The notes beneath the pieces are model-generated. The model was not told where the DNA came from and did not search any database. It saw nothing but the letters and a program-made list of their open reading frames with translations. Source: Tubiluchus corallicola (Eukaryota; Animalia; Priapulida). From it: a stretch of DNA of 64,000 nucleotides. The position numbers were made by a program, and so were the translations under genes. Below are positions 40,081 to 52,900 of the stretch, in pieces (positions within the stretch are counted from its first letter, which is position 1; each line of letters starts with the position of its first letter). The stretch is taken from the NCBI GenBank assembly GCA_030141605.1, contig JAQGDQ010000003.1, forward strand, positions 744,001 through 808,000, given 5' to 3'.

Positions 40081-42049
40081 CTAAAATTTTAAAACAACTT
40101 ACCGTTAAAAAGCCCGCACCAGCAGTTTAAAATTTCAAGTTTTATACGGCAGAACACAAGGAAGTAAGTGATACAAAATTTCAAGAAGATTTTTTACCTT
40201 CGTTCAACAGTAGTGTTTGCTTGTGCTTTAATTTTCATATAGGTAAAGTAGCTCAACTGCAGGCGCTTGCCTACAATCATTAATCGTCCTGGCTTTCCGA
40301 AACTTAGTTAACTGGTTTCTGTGAAATTATTTTCACAAAATCAAAACTCCTATGTTCGTAGGAATCAATAATATTCAAATAGAAGCAAATTTTAGAAAAG
40401 GAAAACTTTTGTTTAAAATAAATTTTTTTCAACGTTTGAAAAACCTGTCATTTCTTTAATTTCGCATAGCGGCTCAAAATCGTAGGATACTGTTCAAAAC
40501 TTCTGTCTATGACTCTATACTCTCACAAAATTCTCAAACGCACAGCATGTGAATGCAAAATCAATTTTGCTGGTGATGCGAGTCCATTTTATTATCGATT
40601 TATTCAGTATAATAAAACATTTTGCCCAAGTCTCATTATTACCGCTCAGAAGTGTTTATAAATAGCGTTTTTCCTCATTAACAAGAGTCTTAAAGTTTCC
40701 GATTTCGTCTACTACACGTGGGTAGTTGAAACCTAGCGCAGTTAAAACCTCAACTATGAGAAACGGGCGAAAAATAATGTTAATTATAATTACGCGCATA
40801 CAATTTTTATTAGAATATTCAACAGTAAAATGGGGTGTATGAGTTGTGGGCGAAAGTTACGTAAATGTGCCTCAAATACGCAATTAGAAATTTCTCACAA
40901 ACGTAGAAATTCTTCAAAAATGTTTTAAAAGTCCTCCAAAACACAGGATTTGTCTACACGCACTGCTGATAGAACCATTCACAACTCTTTCGCAACAATC
41001 TCACGAGTTTTTTTACACCCCGTATAATGTGACTTTTTTTAAATAGCCTATGTAAAAGGTCTACTGATTTTCTATTAGGCATAGCAAATTTTGTACAGTT
41101 TGTAAATTGTAACTGATCAAGAAAACGTTGAAAAGTGTGAACTTAATTGTTCCGAATCAGCAAAAATGGAAAGCGTATTATGAACCCTAATTGAAACTAC
41201 ATGCAGAATTTAGCAATAACTATGTAGCAATACAGAAATGAAACTAAATTTACATGTAAACTATAAGTTATATTTGCACTGATATTTAATCGCAAAGCTG
41301 CTTTCAGTATCATGCATGTCAGTTCAAGGTTTGCTTAATTTCTATCCATCAGTAATGACACTGCTTAATGTTTTCACAAGCATAACGCCACACCTTAACT
41401 CTACCTGTGTGAGCCGAATCAAGATACGGGGTTTTTAATTTTTTCCATTTTATAACAGCTTACTACTTACGCTAAGTACATAACGTGTTGTCAAAATCAA
41501 AGACATGCAAGGATGGGATTAGAGTGTATTCTTGATAAAGCCATACCGCACGCATAGCGTAGATTATTTCAATTACTTTAATTGATGTAAAATTTAAACA
41601 CATCTATAATGTATTTTTATTTGTTTATTCGTTTGTGTTAATTTCCTTCTGTTATGTGTCAATTAACTCTGTTTTAACTCTTTTAATAGTTTATTAAAAT
41701 TGCGCCTACAAAGCAATGTCACTTTTCAACCTGGGTAAAATACAACATGGATATATTGTGTACATGTGAACTATCTTCCCGTTTTAAAAGGCTGTAAGTT
41801 GGCAAACTCGCCCATGTACGCGCATGTTTGTCTTTACATTACTGTCAGAGGTTCATCAAAAAGAAATGTACTCGATTTCTTAATGCCTTTCACGCAAAAT
41901 CAATAGGTTCTGCTAATTCCGCATACGCTAGTTCTGCTAATTCTGCATCTTACCACAACACAGCATAAAAAACACTACCTTCTACCCGCCTCTCATACCT
42001 GTTAAGGCAACCTATAGAAGAAAAGAAAAATTGTCGCAAAATTAAAGGC

Positions 42050-42277
42050 GCAGGGATAGATGGATCATGGGTACGGCATCTGTATTCGGTAAGCGAGAAG
42101 GACAGGTGAGCTAACCCATCGCTCGGCTGCCTTTCTTCTCCCAGGTACTCACTAAGGCTGAGTAGAATTAAGACGGCGAGTCCTATTCGAGTGAAACATT
42201 GTTCGAAAAAAACCCTAAGTGGGATTCCGACCCAGAACACCTGGATCAGTAACCAAGCAACATACTACTCAGCCACC
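42050..42277 (-). mobile_element. Probable tRNA-derived SINE (degenerate)
   Basis: The minus strand starts ggtggctgagtagta (A-box-like), has gggtcggaatccc (B-box-like, 42233-42221) at tRNA-like spacing, then ctactcagcc...tgagtacctggg, resembling the central domains of invertebrate SINE superfamilies. No complete cloverleaf. The 3' boundary is approximate. Confidence 0.6.
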
Positions 42278-45200
42278 AAACGTTGCCTATAAAAGAAAAA
42301 GACGGAAATATCGGAAATTAGACAAGACGAGAAAACTAACGCCATTATTGAGAATATAATGATAATGATAGTACAGAATAGATTACGATGATGATGATAA
42401 TAATTGGCTGCAATATGCAAATGCGTCTGTTGCGAAAAAATAAAACTACGAGTGCAGTAGAAATGCATAAAACTAAACAGCTAAAGTGCATAAAAACTTA
42501 AAAAGCTAAACACTTAGCATCAATAACACACAAACCCACAAAAACGAAACAATAACGCGCATCAAGTCCCCCTACTCAGTAACGTTATAATGAGACTTAT
42601 GAGAGCCTTTTCATGGTATCCTTCTGTGCACGCTAGGCAACTGATAAGACTCGTTATCCAACTTGTTTTCTGATTACTGGCTATCTAACGGCTGTGACTA
42701 TTTCCTTCTTTGGCGGCTACCGCACCCCGTCTAAAAAGCGGTTTAAATAAAATTATCGTGTCACTACTAGGCAACATGCAGCGCGATAAAAGGTTGGAGA
42801 ATTATTATTGCACGAAGAGAGATTGCGTTTTCGATTTTCATTATTAAGACTTGCAATGATCGAACACGCTGTGACAATACAATGAATTGGCCGATCAAAA
42901 CATTGCTGGTTATGTGACGAGAAATTATTGATGTATTTCACGTTAAGTTTTCTTGTGCGAGCAGAGGTGACTTCAAGGACAAAAGAACACGCAAAATACG
43001 GGTGCCAAGGACCAGACTAATTGACAAACATCAAAAAGTCAGCGGCGCCCCTCATTCTAGTTACTTGACCAAGCCCAAAAACATTAGCAATGAAAATTCA
43101 TTAATCATATTATTGTAAGTACAAAAATATGTCTGAGACAACCATCTACATATTAATATCTATTGATTGTAACACATGTATGTGATGGTTGTACGAATAA
43201 TGCAGTTGCATAACTGAGTATATAGCTATGGAATAATAGTCCATGGTTCAATTTTAAACCCTCATAGGAAATGAGGATCGAGAAATGACATTTATATGCG
43301 AGGCCAATTATATGCGGCGGCAGTAGACCTTACACATGTATATGTGCCAGCAATACTTTCACTGCAGCTTGGCTCATGTGTTTAGAATCTACAATGTTCT
43401 CAATATATAACATCAAGTTAGTTACGTCCTAAATATACACATAAGTGAGGAATATAAATAATGGTTTCATTTATATCTGTCATGTATCATACACACAAAA
43501 CATTATGCATGATATTCAAGTAAGAAAATATTTTACGAGGAATGTCAGGGGTAATAGAAAGAAAAATATTTTTGTACAACTACGCTAAAACCAGACAAGT
43601 GAGGACTTTCCTCGAAAAATTATCATTGACTTATGAAAGCACTTTCCAAGTCATGCCAACTTTGATCAAACATGTTAGATCGATTCTAATCTAGCAAATG
43701 AAGCCAAGTAATGAATATTTATACAGGTGCCACAATTGCATGCATGTCATATAGCTCCCCAGTTACAACAATCAACAGCCAAAGCCTGGTGACAGCTCAC
43801 ATAAATTATACTTGACGGTATACAGTTGCTGACAATCGACTAACCAGGCCAGTCTGCATGGTTTATTGCATGAACCAATGTTATCTACCTACATTAATAT
43901 TTCACTGTTTACAATAACCACATAAGCAAGCACGACACGGCAACATCAGTAACTGGGGAGAATATTTTTTCCATACAGACCATTGCAGTTTCATTGTCAG
44001 TACTGCAAGAAACTACCCATTTGCTAATAATAATTACGGACAAGCGGGACAACTTAAATATTTTTAAAAGAACGTATAGAAACAGGAAAATGGAAAACTT
44101 AAGGATAAAGAAATTCCACAAGCAGTCGGTGGATTCTTGGCTTAAACCACGAGCGAAGTAAAAGGTCGATATTGCACCAGCAGCAAAATGGAATCACGTG
44201 ACACTGAAGATAGCAATAATATCCCACAAATGACACTGGTATGGATTTCGAATGTCAACTAATAAAATATTCTCTTTATAAAACCCGGAAAAACACAGTA
44301 TTCCAGCAATCGATACAAGCGCTAGATGGGCGATCATTTGTATGTACCACGTCCATCAATGCCTTGCCAAGTGTCTCTTTAACGGATAAACTCGAGTTTA
44401 TCTCTCTGTTAGGCTGAACTCTGGAAATGGCTTGCAGGATAAATTATGGATTAGTAATCATCAGTCCCATTAAGCGCACGGCATTTTTATCTAAACTGCC
44501 ACTATACCTCAGCTACGTTTTAGTTCCCTTACTCAGAAACTTGCATAGACGATTGTTCATCTTTAATTATTAAAAAGTTTGAATGACATTATAACAAACA
44601 AGGGAGTAGAAAGGCGACAAAGGCAGCAAAGCAAAACCCAATTGAAAAAGTTTAATCACCGATGGGACGTCTGGGCAACTGCTCCGATTGGACAAGGTCG
44701 ACAAAAGTCAACAAAGAAGTCGAATGAGTGATTAGATGTGAGCAAGTAGCAAGCACAAGCAGGCGAAACGGTCCAGCTTTTTGTAAGGCAATCCAGGAAA
44801 CAGATATTTTTGAAAATCGCCGCCATGACGCATATAAAACGAGAGTATCGGACTGCTATTTTGATGTGTACAAATAGATATGAAAAATTCAGGACTATTA
44901 GCTATCACCATCATCGTCAAAGTCAATAGGACCCCCATGGTCATCATCATACCGTACTGTATTATTATAACTCTTTTTACTATCTTTCACAGTATATACT
45001 ATCTGCTACATTGCACATTTTCTTTCACTTTACTAGAATTCTCAATTAATATGCCAGCAGCAACATCCGTGGTAACAGCGGCAGCCATTTTCGGTATCTA
45101 TTGGGCTGCATTATCAATACACGGTGTGTAAATTCAAATTAAAAATAAAAATACATTCAAATCGATTTTTACCGTGTTACTGATTTTTTCACATCTGGCA

Positions 45201-46282
45201 TAGCAGATAATAATAATTCCTATAAAATGATATTTATTTTATCGATAATCCACATTTTAACAGTATAATACTATTTCCAAAAAAGCCGTTGTTTCCAAAA
45301 CAAACGTCCACAACATAGTCGTACAATTACCTTTAAATAATTTAAAGAAAATTTATAGGCAATTTACAACTGGTGTAATTAACCCAAAACAGCAAAGTTT
45401 AAGCTGCTCCCAAAGGCTAAATATTGCAATTGCCAGATACATAACCAGAAAGTCGGAGAAAAGCAAAATAAAGAGCCATGCCATAATTCATTTATTGTTC
45501 ACTGCAAAGCGGAGACATCATGGATTATTCGATGGAGACAGGCAGTAATGCACTTAGTGAAATAATGACAAACTAATGTGTATAGTGCATGTTGTAGTCA
45601 AACGAGTATTTGTTATTTTCAACACGTGTTCAACATTTTGCAATAACTAAAATACGTGTAAACGTTTTCGGTATAGATTTTGATGTATTGCTGACAAAGG
45701 TAAAATGAGGTGTGACATTTTTTAAAACGTAACATGCTTTATAAATGACAATGGCGAGTTAAATTGGTGCATAGAGACCAATTAAACTCCCGGTTGGCAA
45801 TATTACATGACATTGCGAGTCTACCACTTTATATATGATATAATAAATTCTCATCGCCAGATTATTACACTATGTTGTGGGAGGTCCATCTGGGGTAACA
45901 CGGTTTATTGCTGAAAAAGCCCGAAATCGAAACGTACGTTCGAGTTAACGGGAGGAGCAGACTATTTACCCGTCAAACATTTTTCACACAATTCGTGCAA
46001 TCCTGTTATAAGATAAAAAGATTCACAGTGCTCAAAGATTGACAAAGAACCAGATCAGCCATGGAAAGACAAGTGAAAACGTGTTTATTCGCAGCAAGCA
46101 ATTGATTTCAGCAACAATATTCTAATGTAAAAATTTCTTCTTTTATCAATAAAGTTAACAGTTAAATGAAGACACTCTAACAGGGAGGCACAATTCTGAA
46201 TCGAAACAGCGAAAGGGTAGAATCGCCTTATATATAATAATCGCACATTACTGCCTTGTCTACAGTTTACTAGTACCGCATG

Positions 46283-46935
46283 TTAGTTTAGTTAGGTTTA
46301 GTTTAATTTATAACAAATATAAAGAAATAGGGCCAGCAGGCATTGTGCACTTGTGCTGGTTACGCATAAAAACAGATGAGCAATACAAACAAATCACACT
46401 TCAAAAGTTCGAAGGAATAAAAAACACAATTACATTACGAAAAGTAAACTGACGGAGAGAACCAATGACACCTCAATAATGATTAGATAAGACGCTATGA
46501 AGTTTGTTTTGGGCAGGCGATTGCTAAACGTTGAAAGACTTGGGGCATTAACAATCTCGTGTCGTGAGACAAATGATTCCATATATTACAATTCTGTTAG
46601 AAAAAGAATATTTGTGTAAGTTTGATCTAGAATAAACCATGGATAATTTAAAATTCTCCCCACGCAAGTTGTCAGGGGGGGGGGACGTACTGGAAGGTCA
46701 AAATGTAAATCTACCAACTTGTGACACATTTTCAAACTGGAAACAATACATCTTACTTTGAATGGTCGCAAAGTCAGAAAATGCATTTTTCCAAATAAGA
46801 AATTGGACTCATTTGACAGCGTTTGTAAAATCCACGGCACAAAATGTCTTTGTATCTTTTCAACAGTGTCAGTATCTTGCGTATTGCAGCATTTTCAGTA
46901 TTAGATAACTCACACTGTAAAGTGATTCTCACTAA
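46283..46935 (-). mobile_element. Degenerate 3' end of a CR1/L2-group LINE with 3' UTR and tandem tail
   Basis: Minus-strand fragments: DTDTVEKIQRHFV, FYKRCQMSPISYLEKC, LRGENFKLSMVYSRSNLHKYSFSNRIV, WNHLS, IVNAPSLSTFSNRL. These match LExVQRxF...SYxERL...RGHxxKL...FFSNRVVxxWNxL...SxxxFK. An (AAACT)n-like tail lies at ~46283-46305. Confidence 0.88.
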
Positions 46936-49833
46936 TTAGAATATTACATGATTTTTATTTTTATTAATTCTGAACTTGAAATTTCTGTGATGGTCTGTAT
47001 TATTTATTTAAAAGTTTTTACATAATTATAGCACATCCGCCAGGGCTGCATTCGCGGTAAATTTTTATTTCTTTTTCATTTGTTATTAATGCCAAAGGAC
47101 AGCGGTGAGCATAACAATTGGCCAAAATGTTACAATTTTGGAAATCACATCTTTAATTATCACATACATGACCTGCAAATTGTTCGAGATGTTCATTTCA
47201 GGGTATTACATATAGCTACTGATACTGCACATAATCTGTTTCATAAAGTCAAATTATTATCAATTATGCTAAGCTGGGCGTTTATGTAACAAAACTTATG
47301 ATTGTAAGGTTTAATATTCGAGTGCGGCAAGTTCAAAAAATGAAACAATAATAGAGTAAATGAAAAGTACGATCATGCAGCAGCGACTCGAGACGGAAAC
47401 GGCAACGTAAAGCTAAAATTATCAAAAGCGCTAAAGTGTTATTACATAATAAAACTTGAGGCGTTCACAATCTTTAGGGCGGTGCGGTATGGCGTTAATC
47501 CCACTATAGGAACTGCTGGTTAATTTGCACATTTCTAATAACCTACACATATTTTGACAGCACACGGCGAAATTTTGAACACTTAAACCAATAGTTGTAG
47601 GATTATTGTTGTGCGGTTTTTGCCGAGCACAAACAGATGCAGAGTGGCCTGACGTTAAGTTTAAATGCAAATACAGCAAAAGAATCAATTACTATAAATG
47701 CGGCGGTAAAAATATTAAAGCGCCCATTAAATATTTTTCATCGCGTCTTGGGCGTATAGGATCAGTGGTGACAAGGAGAGGCCAAGGAGATTCGGTTTTT
47801 AAGCGAGATCATCCATAATGATCAACATCATAATCATCATAGGCATGACTGTTATTTTTAAACACTTGTACACTTTGCCATGTTATACAATGATGACAAA
47901 CTCGAGGAAATTGTCCAGAAACTACAGAAAATCTAAACAGCAGAAAAAGGAAATGAATAATCTCCATTCAGCAAAACACATTCATTAGCTGGTAAAGTGG
48001 AAGTACATTATCGAATTCAGCATTTCGTGATTTAATTCATGCACTTACCAGTAGATTTATTCACACACTATCCATTTTTTAATTCATTCCTTTAGCGAGA
48101 CTTTCTGAAATCCGTGCCGACGCGACGAACTAACTCATTTACGGAATTACTGACTGACTAACCGAATGACTGACTCGGTGAACTAAACTAACTCAATTTA
48201 ACTTACTAGCAAACTAAACTTTTAGCCCCCCTAATTGCACATTGAAGCTCTTGCAAATATTAGCGGGATGATGTACATCCTCACTCAACAAGATAAACAT
48301 AGCCAAGAAAAGCATGGCTGATGAAGCTTCCCATCTCTTAACTAACTAGGTCTATTGTGGCTTTGCTTGTGCGGTCAAATGCACATCGTGACCGCTATTC
48401 CTATTACTCTCGACAAAAAATTTCATGATGTCAATGACTATAGCTTTTATTGTCTTTATCATCGCGATCTGCAGCTAGTAGAGTTTGGAACTTGTTAAAA
48501 CTGTTTTAGTCATTAGACAGTAACTTCCTCAGTCGTCCTGCAGTAATAATCTCGTTCTCCTGTGAGCAGACAAAATAGGTAAAATATGGTTAATAAAAAA
48601 TTTAACGTGAATTAGTCAGTTAATAATTACAGCGTGACGGTGTAACTGTAAATTCGAAAGACCGACACAGTATAAACGCAAACCGAAGTCTTTACAAACA
48701 GCAAGTATTTTACCAAGCATCTAATAAAAGTGATCTTCCCGGCAAATAAACGCTGATACAAAGTTTAGCGTTTTTTAAACAGAAAACGTTGGTTCAGTTA
48801 AAAGACTTTATTGAAGTTCGTTAGATAAGCTTTATGCTGCGGAAATCCATTTAAGAAACTTGTTCGTACCGAGTCCTGACTGACTTCAAATTTACGCCTA
48901 GGACTTACACCGCATGAGCAAAGAAAAAGAGAAAAGCCGCACTGAAAACTTCTGCAATTAAAGCTAAAAAATGTGTGTACTTTCTTTATTGTGCTATTTT
49001 TATTGGTATTAATAGCATAATAGCATATCGCGAATACTGTTGACAATTCTTACAGGAATCAACAAAAAACATAATCCAGACATTGAGAACCCGTACCCAC
49101 ATTGAAATGACGTAAAAGTAGCTAGAATTATTTAAATTAATTTAAAGTCATCGTTTTACACATGTGCGTAAGGCATTTTATCTAATTTACTTAACCAGTG
49201 GTAAATACTACGATCAAATAGAAAAAATCAATGGAATTACAAGGAAAAAAATGCATATGCTATAGTAATGTATAAAGCAGCTTTTACTGAATAGGGTAAA
49301 ATACTACGCTCCATAAAATCCACCTTATAATTATATAATTACAACAGTCGCCTTAAGGAAAAAAATCAAAAATTCTAATAGTGCGATTAGCTGGAGTAAA
49401 GGCTTGGCAACTTGGAAACTAATTCAAGGGTAAAACGCAGCTCAAAAACGAACAAGAACAAAAAGGATGAATTATATTTTATATATGGGTAGAAATATCG
49501 AGTTGAAAACGCTTTCTCGCACGAGCATTATTCTAGGCAACTGGTCGCAAATTTGCTGAGTAGAAATAATAAAATGAAAAGCATGCATTATGTACGAAAG
49601 CAGGATGAAAGGTTGCTTTATCTCTGCACTAGCTGTTTGTACAGCTTCCATGCTTGGCTTACATTGCTTAGAAGACATAGTTCTTATACAAAGAATGGGT
49701 TGACAAACTTAGTTTATTTTTCTTGTCCATCCCAAAATGTATCGAAAGGATACTCCTTTCTCCTCGCCCGGCCTTGACCAAGAAGGGCACTGGTCTCCAG
49801 AAGAAAAGGCACTGTAACTGTCTTACACCATAC

Positions 49834-49914
49834 CTTTGCTACACTTAACTCTTTCCTCCCATTAACGACTTTTAATCTCGTCTTAGAGCTGTCAATCACG
49901 TCCCAAATTTTTTC
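49834..49914 (-). CDS. Candidate symmetric 81-nt exon (EKIWDVIDSSKTRLKVVNGRKELSVAK)
   Basis: gaattag|GAAAAA...GCAAAG|gtatgg; phase 0-0, purine-rich, open frame. The acceptor is only moderate. Confidence 0.2.
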
Positions 49915-52024
49915 CTAATTCAGCCGTAGAGTAAACGAGGACAGCGACTGTTATTACGAGCGTCTAAATATAAACAGGTTTCCCTGCCCATTACACTAAA
50001 TTAAACGAGCAAAAATCTCCTCTTTTTCTCAAACTTCTCGCAGTAGTTCCGACAGGCAGAACTCCAAAGCTGACAGTTTTCATCATTATAAATTTTTCTA
50101 TGACAGCGAGAATTTGAGCAATATGAAAAGAAAGTATCACGCACATTAGGCCTATCTAAAGTTTTAAAAACACGCCATCGGTACGTTTATTGTCAATTTG
50201 CTGATGTACTTCATGAGCATGCGTAGAAATGAAACCTGGACAAACCTAAATCTCGATGGAATGACTAAATGACTAAAAACATTTTATCAAAGTCTAACAA
50301 AAGATTAATTATACAGCACTCATTATTATTATTGAGAAAACACGAAACAGGTATGACTATATCAGTATCATAGGCTCATCATTGTAGAAATTAAAGGGCT
50401 GAATAAAACAACAGCACCAATAGTATTAAGGATCAATGATAAAGTTAGAATTCATGTTATTGCAATAAAGTGTCATAAGCACTAATTTGTTTTTGCAACA
50501 TAAATATCGTAACACAATCACATAAAACAAACCTTAATAAGTATCACATACTATAAAAAACATAGAGTCACAGAGCAAAAAATTAATACGCCGCCCCATT
50601 CTTACTGAGTTACTATATGTTCATATAATTAGATAAGTAAGGCCAACGCGCAGCTGCCAATTATCTGTGAAATTATTAGCTCCAATTACCAAGTTGGTCA
50701 GTCAAACTGATCTGTTTTAACATGCTGACAGATGCGGTCAAGAGCAACATAATCAGGTACATGTAGGGCTAGTAGACCCAAGGCAATTCAAGAATGCAGG
50801 CTCCAAATTAAATGAGCGCTCGACGTCAAACGAATTCATGCATTTGCGTTAAATCATAAAGACTGCACAAGTAGTGGTTTTCAGTCAGTCTTCTTACAGC
50901 CAAATGAGTTCATAACCTACAAATGATTTTCCCGTCAGCGCTTTATAGTTACCTTCGGATATTAAACAGTCTTAGTTTTATTCACACAGTTCCTTGTGCA
51001 AAAACAAGAGTTCATGGGTTTACTCTTACGACATGTGAACAAATTTCGAATTCTCTGGACTATTTTCTACAGACAAAAGTGACAATCTTGACAGATGTGC
51101 TTCTCTGACGGTAGTCAACCATAACTCGTTTCACGGCGGCTGGCTCAATCATTCAAATCATCCTTCATACATGCTCCAATCTCCGTCATGCATTCAAGCC
51201 TCATCAGAAAAAATCCTAGCAGTTTTGAAAAATCACGTCAAAATGGCAGTCTAACATTACTCTTATTTTTATATTTAAGCATCAGTACGCAAAGCAATTA
51301 AAACAGGCATCACTGCTATTCTTGTGGAGATTCCAGCGGGAAAAAATGCCAAAACAACAACTCTGAATCAACATACAATGAGAGCTTTGCAATGTGTACT
51401 CAAATAAAGAAAAAATAAACACATTTCCCTGCTTCAGAAATGGCGGGTATTCATCGCGAAAGCACGCCAGAAAATAGTCGAGTTTTTTACTGTAGTTTAT
51501 TATTGCAGTGCTTGAGTTAAAAAAACCATGTTTCCTGTTATTAATATTATGTGCATAGTTCAATCGTTTTTGCGTGTATTAGATACACCCTGGTTGGTAG
51601 CCATGTTTAGCAACACATAGCAACGACTTAATAGCAGCAGTATAGCTGCATTCTGGCATTTTCTGTACTTAGTTGGTGCTCTTTCAACATCAAGAAACTA
51701 TTTGACTTTTATGTTACCAATTTGGAAAATTTACCGACGGTTTTTGTAACATTCTCGACGAACAACAAACTCATCATTTTTTCTGGGAAAATAATTCACA
51801 AGAAATGGACGCCCTTTCCACTTTTTGTGGAAGACAGGAATGTCATTGATTCTGTACCATCACGTCACCAATATCCATGTGTGACATCTTCAAAGGTGAA
51901 GAAAAGGGATTTTTAAAGTATATCCTAAAAAGCTTTCCATGCAAACTTATATTACTTTGCATTACGCTTACTTATTTGAAAGACTTAAAAAAGCAGAAGA
52001 GAAAATTCTTAGAAATTTAAAATG

Positions 52025-52203
52025 CTCGTGCCAACTGGTAAAATGTCACTGCATCGCCACTGACTCACCAAAAACACATTATTGATCTATTTACAAGATA
52101 AGTAATTTACACTTTTGCTTAATTGGTGAAGTCTGTTTATTTTTTCAAATTTTACACAAAGTTATCTAAACTTGTTTCAAACGACCTACTGTCAAAATGG
52201 CTG
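52025..52203 (+). mobile_element. Dispersed repeat family B, copy 3
   Basis: Colinear with 18068-18277, with internal deletions. Confidence 0.75.
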
Positions 52204-52841
52204 CACCTAACGGTCATCGCGGGAGTTTAAATTTACATGTTTATACAGCGTTGTGCTATACAAGCTCTGCGCAATAACGCAGTATGTAATAGAAAATTTC
52301 AAAGCGATTTTTTAGCATTATATAAGTAAAGAGTTTTCTTTCCTTTAAGCACATCTTCGTATTTTTATAATTACGCTGTCTGCAACTATTTATTAATATT
52401 CACACAAGCTTTTCTTGTGTGCAGTAAAGTAACTAATAATAAATAAATACTGCAGTTTAACCTTTAATGCCAGATGTTAGGCCTATTACTTTGTGCTCCA
52501 ACTGCAAACTTTAATCACACGTTGTATTTTTCTGCAGCGCTAAAATAACCCTTTTGGTAAATAAACAAGTGCCTTAAATAATAAGCGTACAAATAATCAT
52601 GCATGCAAGCGGGATGCAAATTTCAATAATTGGCAAAATTTACCAAAGTTTGAGCAAAGCTGGTGGGAGTCTAATTATACGCCTACGCTATACACTGGAT
52701 GTAAAAATACTAGGGTACAAACTAGCAAAACAAAGTCTTGACGCTTGATAATCTAGGCTTCATTACGAATCTCCAATTTTAATAATGGTAAGAGTGCACA
52801 GTAAGCTATTGCTCTATCATTGTATCCGCTTACGAGGGAAC

Positions 52842-52900
52842 CTAAAGAAAGCTGAAGATATTTAACAGAAAACTAAAGAAAGCTGAAGATATTTAACAGA
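52842..52900. repeat. Perfect 28-bp direct duplication (31-bp period)
   Basis: ctaaagaaagctgaagatatttaacaga at 52842-52869 and 52873-52900. Confidence 0.95.

Noticed and set aside
41380-41510. Possible additional Crack/L2 LINE 3' end
   Set aside because: Motif resemblance is too degraded to support.
48049-48104. Minus-strand segment with a strong CTG|gtaagt donor
   Set aside because: All three frames contain stops; at most an untranslated exon, which cannot be supported from sequence.
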